The notes beneath the pieces were generated by a model, which saw nothing but the letters and a program-made list of their open reading frames with translations, was not told the origin of the DNA and ran no database searches. A DNA stretch of 64,000 nt from Eledone cirrhosa (Eukaryota): positions 212,846,001 through 212,910,000 of the forward strand of contig OZ024743.1 of NCBI GenBank assembly GCA_964016885.1, given 5' to 3'. Of the stretch, positions 53,495-64,000 are shown in pieces. Position numbers and translations under genes: made by a program. Positions within the stretch are counted from its first letter, which is position 1, and every line of letters starts with the position of its first letter.

Positions 53495-55355
53495 ATGGCT
53501 GAAGCATCTTCACCAACAATCAAAGAAAGAAAAGGGAAGTCATACTCACAGCTTCCCCCTGCCACTGTCACAGCAGCAGATGCCAAAGGCAGAGGTCAGC
53601 CAGAGGAAGAATTTTCTTCACCTGTTGACCGACAACTTGATGTAGCCACAACTATACAAGAAACTGAAAACAACAACAGCAACAATAAAGACAACAAAAA
53701 CAACAACAACAACGACAACGACAGCAACAATAAAGACAACAAAAACAACAACAACACAAACGTCACAAGTATCCACACACCAAACGAGAAAGACAACAAC
53801 AACAAAGATGAAAACAACTCAAACGACGAGAAACAAAACAATACAAACACCAACAACGAAAACAAAATATCTTTTGCACAAACGGCTAAATTATCAGTTA
53901 CTTATGTGCTTGAAAGATATTTCAAAAGCCAAAGAAATGCTTGAAAAAGCCAAAAAATATGTATCTTTTGGCGAAAACGGTTCGTTTTCTATAAATTCAA
54001 CTCTAGAACTAAAAAAACAGACGGAATTACGAACTGTCGTATTCCGTACAATTTTAAATAAAACAAAAAAACCAGCACAACCATCTCAAGCTGAAATACA
54101 GTTAGTACTGAAAGATGTGATGAAAGACATCACTTTCATACAAAAGGATAAACTCTATGGGAGTTTATCCATATTGATGAAAGACGAATTGGCGGCGAAA
54201 AAATACTCTGTGTCGCCAATTCGTTCCACACACTACACCTTCTTCCCCACCTACATGGGTAAAAAACCCCAGAGAATATGGATAAACTCCATCACCCCAA
54301 ACATAAACTACTGGTGGTTACTAACCGGATTCCTCAATTTAGACGAGGACAACCTCATTTCAATAGGGAAGGCATCCGGCGACGCGTTCAGTGGAACGAG
54401 TATCGAAGTTCTGACACAAATAAGGCCAGAACGTATCGCCCAAATCCCTGAGCGCGTCATGCTGGATGACCGTACCCACCTCAACATTATTGTGGAGGGT
54501 AGGCGTCCCTCCTGTTACCTCTGTGGCAATAGAGGTCACCTGAGAGCTGCCTGTCCCCAGCTCACACAGAAAAAAACACTGCTACCAACACCAACACCAC
54601 CCCAACAACAACAAAAACAACCACAACAATAACAACAACACCAAAAACCAAAAACACCACCACCACCACCACAACAACAACAAACACGTGAAAAAACAAC
54701 ACAGAATACTGTCCCACCCAACCCCTCCCCACCCAAAACAAATACAAAAACACACACACCGCAAACACTACCAGAAAACATACCCCTCCCACCCAACAAG
54801 GAAGACGAACCCCTTTCGTCGCAAGACGAAAAAGATCCCTTCCAAACAGTAAAAAGAAAGAAGAGGAGGCCCACCACAGATACACTTGTTAACTTTAACC
54901 CTCCCCAAGAGAACACAAACTATATACAAACCACCCCTCCCCGTCACACAACACTAACTGCTACACAAAAAAAGACTTTACAATATACATACATGAACAC
55001 AGACAACAAAGAACTAATGAACACAATTGCATCAAACCCTTCGGTCCAAACTGAAGGGCCTAACTTTATAACTGCTGTGGGACTACCTCATTTAAAAATG
55101 ATTAAAGTCCCAATGAACTTTTATAAAACACTGAAAATAAATTTCACGGAGGACGTGGGCCCCCCCTGCGCCAAACCAATCAACCGCGCCCTCCTAAAAC
55201 ATTTCACCCCCACCCCACCCAGACACCCACTCAACCACAAACACCCCACAATACACTGATGCCCCTTCACTTCCACAAACCACCACCCCACGTACAACCC
55301 ATCCCCAACCAGCATGGAAATTGAGCGGCCCGCTTCCCGGGACGCAGAGAGGTAA
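53495..55355 (+). pseudogene. LINE ORF1 (gag-like, CCHC zinc knuckle), disrupted
   Basis: CYLCGNRGHLRAAC knuckle; frameshift near 53.9 kb; in-frame stops at 54630 and 55257. Confidence 0.82.
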
Positions 55356-55379
55356 GTGCCTTTTCTTCTTACCACCAAC

Positions 55380-58300
55380 ATGGCTGTGCTAAGAGTAGGG
55401 TGTCTAAATGCGCGTGGCCTGGGCTCATCTTGGAAGCAAGCAATACTTCTAAATGACCTCAGGTCACGATCTATAAATGTGATGGTTATCTGCGAGGCCC
55501 GGATCAGCAGCATGCGACAGCTAGCCCCCACCTTTGACGACTTTGAGATGCACGCATCTCTCTGTCAGCCCGGAGGTGGGGGTGGGGTTGTCGTTCTGCT
55601 GCAAAAACATCTGGGTCTTGCGACACAGATAGTTCACTTGGACCCAGGGGGTCGACTGGTGGTGCTGGACCTTGGCAGTGGTGAAGGTAGAGCCTTTAGG
55701 CTGGTAGCCGCATATGCCTCTTTTGGGACAGAGCGGCCCGACATTTTCCAGCGTCTGTAGTCTTTTCTAGGGACGTCCCGTTCCCTGCTTTTAGTGGGGG
55801 ACTGGAATGGTATCCTGGATGAACGTTGGGACTATGCAGGGGCATGTCCCGATAGAGAGGGGTGCAACAGCCTCAAGGGGTTACTCGGCCGATTTGACCT
55901 GGCCGATAGATTTCGACTAGATTTTCCGACGGTGCCAACCTGGTCGTGGTCAAATCGCAGCGGATCATCTAGGTCGTACCTAGATAGGTTTTTAGTTAGA
56001 AATAAGGACAGGGACTTTTTAAGTTGTCCAGAAATGCTCATGGTTGGCTATTCAGACCACAAGTTGGTGACCTGCATGGTCAACCTTGATAGAACGCATA
56101 GACAGGGCCCCGGTTACTGGAAGCTCAACTTGTCCTTGCCGACAAGTAGAGCTTACAGGGATCGGATTAGTACGTTAGTTAAGGAACGGTTGACTGGAGC
56201 GATCGTCAACAGCAGGTGGTGGGTATCTCTAAAGAGAGAGATTAGAGTAGTCTCGATAGAATTTAGTAAGGTTCTAGCTGCGGATAGAAATAGGAAGGAA
56301 AGGGAGCTAATAGATAGAGTAGAAGAGGCAATTAGAAGCGGCGACGTGGCCAGAGTGCTAGCGTCGAGAACGGCTTAGAGCCAGTTTTTCGACGCCAAGC
56401 ACGAAGGCTGCGTTGTCCGAAGTAAAATACGTGCTCTAGGGAATGAGGGGACCAAAGCTGTTAGCTGGGCCCGCGTGACAGAGGCCAACAGTGGAACTAA
56501 ATCCACCATCCGGTCTTTGCGAGACCAGGATGGACGGGCGATCCTTGAACTTGAACCTAAGCAGATGTGTGAGGCCTTTCAAAGGCACTTTGCACGACTG
56601 TTCGGGAGGGGCGGGGAGCCGGTTGGGAATGTGGACTTCGGTCCATACCTCGACGGCCTGCCGCGTCTCTCGGACAGGGAGGCGAAGTCCTGCGAGGAGC
56701 CGATTTCGGCCGCTGAGATAGAGGACGTGCTGAGCCAATGCGGCAAACGCAAATCCCCGGGTCTCGATGGTCTTCCATACGAATTATATCTAGCTATGCC
56801 GGACTTGTTCCCCGATCTCCTCGAGGCGGTCTACTGCAACTGGCAACAGAACGGGAGAATTCCCTGTGCTGTGACCAAGGGCGTAGTCACGCTAGTGAGG
56901 AAGGACGAGAACAAGGGGGGCGAAATAAGTAACTTCAGGCCCATAACTCTGCTAAATACAGAGTTACAGATTTTGGCCAAGGTGCTAGCAAAGAGGTTGG
57001 CGCTTGTCGTGGGCAACCTGGTGGGAGATGCGCAGACATGTGCTATCCTGTCCAGGTCCATCCATGACAACCTCCACCTCATGCGATACATCATAGAGAG
57101 GGTTGGGAACGAACCCGGCTTTGGTGGGGCTCTGATCAACTTGGATCAATCTAAGGCGTTTGATAGGGTCGACCATGGTTACCTGGTTGCGGTGCTAGCG
57201 GCGGCAGGCTTCGGACCCGTTTTCAGGGGCTGGATCACTGCTATGCACAGCAGCCGCATCTACTCTAGGGTCAAGGTGAACGGCTACCTCTCGGAGCCGT
57301 TCAAAATCGCGCGGTCCATCCGACAAGGGTGCCCTCTCTCCTCCCTTCTGTATGTGTTGACTCTCGAGCCACTACTGCGGAAGTTGGAGTTGTTGCAGGG
57401 CATCCCTTTGGAACCGGGATTGCGGAAAGCGGTGTCGGCCTACGCCGATGACGTGACAGTAATGGTGTCGACGGCCTCCGAAATCGGGGCGGTCGGCACC
57501 TTACTGGAGGAGTACGAAAGGTTCACAGGGGCTAGTCGGGACAAGTCGATCGGTTTGCAACTCGGCACGTGGAGGGGCAGACCGATGCCCTCCGATGGCG
57601 TCGTGGACGCTGGACGGAGGGCCCGGTGAAGTTGCTCGGGGTCTGATTCGGACCAGACATCCAGGTGGAGAAGAACTGGGCGGAGGTTACGAACAGGGTG
57701 TTTGCACTGACCCAGAAGTGGGCCAGTTGCAAACTATCCCTGAAAGGTCGGGCGGAGGTGGCCAGGACCTATATAGCGTCCGTCATCTACTACCGCCTGA
57801 CCGTAGTGCCTTGCCCAAGGGAAACCCTCGCCAAGATGGAGCGCGCGCTCTTCCAATTCCTTTGGAAGAGGCGGGCTCCATTGGTGAGGAGATCCATTTG
57901 CTGTCAACACACTTCAAAAGGAGGGCTGGAGATGCCGTGGCTAATGATGCGTAAACGCACTAAGGCTACGGCACCTCCACGTATTCCTCACCGGTCAACC
58001 GGTGTGGGCCTCGTTTGTGAGACGAACCTTTCCCAGACTCGTCTCACTCACCGAGCTGCAATCCTGGGTCAAGCAAAGACCGAGAAAACTGGGCGCCTGG
58101 CACACTGGGTGTGCCCAGGCGCTCACCACCCTATGGCAGGCGGATCCGGTTATCAGTGGAGACTCCACCGCAACATTCTATAGAGGGCTGGTACGCAGCA
58201 GGTGCGACGACGCCCTTGGAGAAGCCCTAGACATGGAGGAAGACGAACTGGCCAGCCTGTTCGGTAGGACATTCAGCCCGGGACCTATGGACAACTTCCA

Positions 58301-58811
58301 GAAGTCCCTGGCCTGGCAGTGCTACCGAGGGGCTCTACCCGTTCGAGAAAAGCTCTACAGACACGGGCGCCCGGGTAGGGACCCCACCAAAAAGATCTGT
58401 CCCAGATGCGTGTGCGACGAGGAAACCGTTGCACACGCATCGGTACACTGCTCGGGCGTAGCCGATCTGTGGGGCTATGTCGAACAACTGTTGTCAAGGG
58501 TGGGACCGATCCGGTTGACCACCGAGTCTATTGTAATGATCAAGCCGCCTCCCCCCTTCAAAAATGAAGGAGAGGCGGTGTTTCTGTGCGTAATAGCCAT
58601 GGTGAAAGAAGTTGTATGGTGGACACGTCTGAAAGGACTGAGGTCAGGCACCTTTCTCTCTGGCCAACAACTGGTCCGTTTCTTCCGATATCATTTCGGA
58701 AGAAGGATCAGGATGGAGAGAGAGGTGCTCCACCCCAGTCGTTTTTATGAAAGATGGGTGAAAGTGGCGAGAATGGCCCGTGTGAATGGGCCTTCTTACA
58801 TAAGCCTGTAG
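55380..58811 (+). pseudogene. LINE ORF2: APE endonuclease, RT, C-terminal zinc-binding domain, disrupted
   Basis: LNARGL, GDWN, YLDRF, SDH, YWKLN, KSPGLDGLP, NFRPITLLN, DQSKAFDRV, RQGCPLS, AYADD, CPRC...E...H...C; in-frame TAGs at 55758 and 56376 plus frameshifts at 57.5-58.0 kb. Confidence 0.95.
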
Positions 58812-61575
58812 GTGGAAATGAGGAAGGAACGAGGGAGCACCCCCTCTCTGTGCTCCTGAGGAGAAGGGTTGCACACTTTTTTCGGGGGGGGGGGCGACTC
58901 CCCAAGGCGCCTCCTCTCTATTGAGGATTTTGTTATAAATTTTATTTTTTGTTATATTTTATTTTATTTTTATATTTTGTTATTGCCTCCTCCTTATTGA
59001 GGACGCCTTTTTGTGTAAACTCCCCCCATTGTACTTGTCCCACTTTTGATGCCCTGGTGGCAAATAAAAGAAACATATCTCTTATATTGTCTCCATATGT
59101 GTGATTGTGTGTGAGAAAGATCTTAAGGATCTACATATAGACATGGAATGTATTGTTTTCAGTTGCATACTTTCGTTCAGTAAGACTTTCATTAGTAGAT
59201 AATATAATTATATATTATTTATCAAGGCTTCTGGTACCAAGGGGTTTAAGTCCCTCTAATAATTTGTTTCAATATACTTTAGTTTTTACAACACTGATTT
59301 TCTATTGACACTAAATAAATATGTTAGTATGATCATGTTTTTAATTTCTTTCTTAGTCTCGTATTGATGATAAAAAAGTGTGAACTAATAATAATTTCTA
59401 CTATAGGCATAAGGCCAGCAATTTTATTTTGATCGACACCAATGCATTACAGGTGCTTTATTTTATCGAACCCGTAAGGATGAAAGGCAAAGTTAACCTC
59501 AGCGGGATTTGAACTCAGATCATAAAGGGCCGTAACTCTATGCTGCAAAGCATGGCGTCCAACCCTCTACTGATACTGCCAATCCACTGCCCCAGAGTGA
59601 GCTAATAATAATAATATACATGTACAGTTTATATACTTAATCTCTCTCCTATAATCCCCAAACTGTAACGGAAGCTCTGCTTAAATATTATATATTATAG
59701 ATTGTATATAGTTGACTGATGGCTTAGATGTTTGCATTACAATCATAATGTTCCTGGTTCAGTCTCACTACATAGTATCTTGGGCAAGTGTAATTTACTA
59801 TAGCCTCAAATCGACCCCAACTTAGTGAGTGAAAGTGGACAGATGAAAAACTGTAAGCTCATCGGAGGGATTGTACATGTTATACATTCTTGCTGATTAA
59901 TTTCATGAGCAGGCTGTTCCATTGGTCAAACAACTAGAACATTCATAGCCAAAACCAATGGCGGTCCATTCCATATTATAGGGAGTGTGTACCCCAATGT
60001 ATTTTATTTATAGATTGGTAATCATTGCCAACTATTCAAAACATATGTGGGTCAGTTGAATAGTTCTTAGGCTGACCAAGATACTCTCATGGAATGACCA
60101 AATGAGGTTTATTTTTCAATATAGTCTCTGGAAAGAAACAATGAAGTTATTAATAACAAGAGTTAAAATTAATGCATGCAAGATTTCATAGCTCTAGCAT
60201 TAATCCTTCATAATCATGTTTGTGCTCAATATATATATATATATATATATGTAAATTGGATCTTAAGGATTGACGATTTCTTGTTAACTGAAAAAAAAGA
60301 AACAGTTGGAAAAGAACAAAAAGACTTAATACTTTCAGTATGTCACCATTTTTCACCCAGCTTACCACCAGATATGTAATATCTCTGAAATTCTGACACC
60401 ATTGTGTAATGCTGATGACACAAGTGACTCCTACAAAATCAAAGAGTTTTCCTTTCAATAAATATTAATGCTCTGAATATCATGTTTGAGCTCACATGTC
60501 ACCATTTGAACTTCTGCCCTTATTTAAAAGGAAATTGTCTTGGTCTTCTGTTTAATGTTTTCTGTGGAACTAGCCATACAAGAAATTTTGAAGCCCAGAC
60601 ATTTCGGTTTGCTTCTTCACTCTGCCACAGACAGACTTTCACTCGCTTCCAAGCTGACCAGGCAGTTACGACCTATGTGGTCGGTTACATTGGCCAAGTA
60701 TATGAACTTTAACCAAGTTAGTAGAATTCACTACTTTTAGATTCTATAGTCACACACACAATCAACACACCACAATTATACACGTACCTTTCCCATTTGT
60801 TCATTATTACTGTCGATGTTTGGGGAGTAAATCATGCAATCAATAAAAAACATAAAACTTAGAGTATCTTGTTTATTTGGAAATTCATATGAAAGTGATT
60901 GGGGAAATTTGTCTTGGCTGCAGCAATACTACATCATAACAAGCGACTACAAATACTGGTTTCACTGACCTTGGCAGAACTTGACAGCCTCAATTGTCTT
61001 GGCTCATTGAGACACATTTCAATTTCTTGCTATGGGCTCAACAAACAGACCTCTTGTTCAATCTTATCAATTAACAAAACCTACTACAATATCACAAATG
61101 AACCAAGCAAACAAACAACACAATCACACCTGTTATATATATATATCATCATCATCATTTTACGTCCGCTTTTCCCTGCTTGCAAGGGGTGGGACGGGAA
61201 CTGATTCTGGCTTGATTTCTACAGCTGCATGCCCTTCCTAACACCAACCTCATTTACAGTGAGTGCTGGGTTCTTTTTTTGTCCGTGGCACCTCCACATC
61301 CACTTTACAGCGTGGGCTGGATGCTTTTTGCCATGGCACCTCCACGACCACTTTGAGGTGGAACGATAGGAACCTAAGTCCTATCATCTCATTTCTACAG
61401 CTGAGTAAACTGGAGCAATGTGAAATAAACCGTCTTGCCCAAGGAAACAACACATCACCCGGTCTGAGAATTGAACTCACAACCTTTCGATTGCAAGGCC
61501 AATGCTCTAATCACTAAGCCAGGTGCCTCTCTCTCTATATATATATATATATAATATATATATAATATATATAAT

Positions 61576-61632
<57 letters not shown>

Positions 61633-61703
61633 ATATATATATATATATAATATATATATATATATATTATATATATATATATATATATATTTAATATATA
61701 TAT

Positions 61704-61758
<55 letters not shown>

Positions 61759-61774
61759 ATATATATATATATAT

Positions 61775-62049
61775 ATTGTTATACTTTGGGAGGGTCATGT
61801 TGCCAATAAGAAACACACGCACCAGTTGCTTTCACTTCAATTTATTATATATTTATAAATTTATAAATTTACAAATCTACAAACTTATAAATTTCTGGTT
61901 GGTTGGTTAGTTCCACAACCAGATAGTTGTTTATATATATAGTCATAGTCCTTTCGTCACACACTCTGTGACCTCTTCAGTGACTGGGGATTCCTTGCTT
62001 CGTTTCTGTGCCTTTTCTTTCTTCTATCCTACGCCATTTTGTTTCTGTG

Positions 62050-62050
<1 letters not shown>
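61775..62050 (-). mobile_element. Solo PLE pLTR-like fragment related to the 3' end of the palindromic PLE, between (TA)n tracts
   Basis: atattgttatactttgggagggtcat resembles 22233 atattgttatatttggggagggtcat; ctacgccatttt shared with 22521; HHR at the matching position. Confidence 0.8.
61941..61985 (-). ncRNA. Minimal type-I hammerhead ribozyme
   Basis: agtca-CTGAAGA-g gtcaca gagtg tgtgac-GAAA-ggac-TA-tgact. Confidence 0.8.
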
Positions 62051-62125
<75 letters not shown>

Positions 62126-62226
62126 AATATATATAATATATATATATAATAAATATATATAATATATATATATATAATATATATAGAAATATATATATAT
62201 AATATATATATATAATAAATACATAT

Positions 62227-62287
<61 letters not shown>

Positions 62288-62412
62288 ATATATATATAAG
62301 TTGAAATAGAATGAAAACGAAATTTCATTTCTCACTCTTAGTACGGCACTTACTTAAATGTAAGTATGTATCTATACGTACATACATATATGTATACAGA
62401 CGTACAGTAGCA

Positions 62413-62542
<130 letters not shown>

Positions 62543-62692
62543 CAGGTACAGATACATATATGCACGTATCAGTTTAGCGGACGCTTATTATAACGCCGCT
62601 TTGTTCGTTTGTAAACAAACTGAACAGCCTGCATTTATGCCGTACGGTGTTAAGGCAACCACGTCACCTTTTTGTTCAACACTGACACAGGA

Positions 62693-62735
62693 ACGATGTA
62701 CTAGTTTCAAGCTTGTTAGCTATCATCAGCACCGT
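62693..62735 (-). ncRNA. Minimal type-I hammerhead ribozyme, copy 1
   Basis: acggtg-CTGATGA-t agct aaca agct t-GAAA-ctag-TA-catcgt; palindromic stem III CTAG, GUA site. Confidence 0.85.
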
Positions 62736-62971
62736 ATACCCTTCTGCCAGATAGTTGAACGTTCGAAAGTATATACTTTCCTTATGAAAATTAACGGCTG
62801 AGCAGCCTAATTTGCATATCGAGTGAGTTAAGTCGGTCAGGCATACCGAAAACGATAAGTTGAAAGAAAATGAAAACGAAATTTCATTTCTCACACTTAG
62901 TACGGCACTTACTTAAATGTAAGTATGTATGTATACGTACATACATATATGTATACAGACGTACAGTAGCA

Positions 62972-63027
<56 letters not shown>

Positions 63028-63177
63028 CAGGTACACATACATATATGCACGTATCAGTTTAGCGGACGCTTATTTTAACGCCGCTTTGTTCGTTTGTAAA
63101 CAAACTGAACAGCCTGAATTTATGCCGTACGGTGTTAAGGCCATCACGTCACCTTTTTGTTCAACACTGACACAGGA

Positions 63178-63220
63178 ACGATGTACTAGTTTCAAGCTTG
63201 TTAGCTATCATCAGCACCGT
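63178..63220 (-). ncRNA. Minimal type-I hammerhead ribozyme, copy 2
   Basis: Identical motif 485 bp from copy 1. Confidence 0.85.
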
Positions 63221-63346
63221 ATACCCTTCTGCCAGATAGTTGAACGTTCGAAAGTATATACTTTCCTTATGAACAAAGCGGCGTTATAATAAGCGTCCGC
63301 TAAACTGATACGTGCATATATGTATGTGTACCTGTATGTATATATG

Positions 63347-63399
<53 letters not shown>

Positions 63400-64000
63400 T
63401 ATGAAGAGAGAAGAAACATTTAGATATAATTAGTAATAAAATGTATCATACCTAAACTGCTCCTAAATTCCTCGACTACGTAGTTTCGTGGCATAAACAA
63501 AAAACAATATATCAAAGATATAGAGTCCTTGCGAGGTCTGCCAACTTATCAAGAGGATACCTCATTTTACTAGTCTCAAGAACCCGTCTACACGACGTGA
63601 GAAAGAATCCCAAAAGGCGGAGGGGGAGATAGTCACGCGATATAACGGTCGAGAAACAGAGCTAAGCCTCTTATAACCACGAAGAAAATACCACGGAGGC
63701 GGAGGGGGTATTCATATCGAGGCCGTAGAAGAGGTAGTGAAGAAGGCGAGAAGTATGAGTAATGGAAGCTTTCCAGTTGTCCCCACACTTCTAAGATTGC
63801 TCGACCAGAGGGAGTTATTAATATATTTAGAAACACACAGATACATGCGGACACACACATATATACATGAATGCATCCGCACCCAACTGTGAGTTAAGGG
63901 TGCCAACTTCACCGATGTTGCTCAATGAATGACTGGGACAGACCAATTCAGTTTGAACCAGACTGAACCAGTATCAGAGTTAAAAATACATTATGAAGAG

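Larger units (their letters stand above)
53385..59073 (+). mobile_element. Near-full-length L1/Tx1-clade LINE, inactivated
   Basis: Two-ORF structure; GC-rich against the host; 3' end ggcaaataaaagaaa. The 5' boundary is approximate (hairpin gagactg...cagtctc). Confidence 0.93.

Noticed and set aside
53596-58905. Minus-strand and alternative-frame ORFs over the LINE
   Set aside because: Shadow ORFs of GC-rich or low-complexity LINE coding sequence.

Overview
AT-rich, repeat-dense animal genomic DNA; the SINE repertoire and long (TA)n tracts suggest a cephalopod (Octopus-like) genome (inference). One spliced + strand gene can be reconstructed by eye. It has 15 GT-AG exons (9995-45771, about 632 aa in the window, 5' exon(s) not seen) and encodes a short ADAMTS-like metzincin protease: prodomain, HEIGHVLGMPHD catalytic domain, disintegrin-like region, one TSP1 repeat, truncated Cys-rich domain, no spacer. 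The rest is a 9.4 kb 48/50-bp satellite, a 2.7 kb 28-bp satellite, a decayed near-full-length L1/Tx1-clade LINE plus a 3' fragment, RTE fragments, Helitrons, hAT and mariner/pogo MITEs, many SINEs and a U2 snRNA pseudogene. The most striking signal is a Penelope-like-element (PLE) / hammerhead-ribozyme (HHR) system. A 3.2 kb near-perfect palindrome is built from a 5'-truncated PLE (RT C-terminus + GIY-YIG). About a dozen type-I HHR motifs, several intact, sit in short, mutually divergent, non-coding elements, mostly in or beside (TA)n tracts and often with fold-back inverted repeats; one is a retrozyme-like tandem dimer at 62.3-63.4 kb. All calls are from manual reading; no database searches or folding programs were run.
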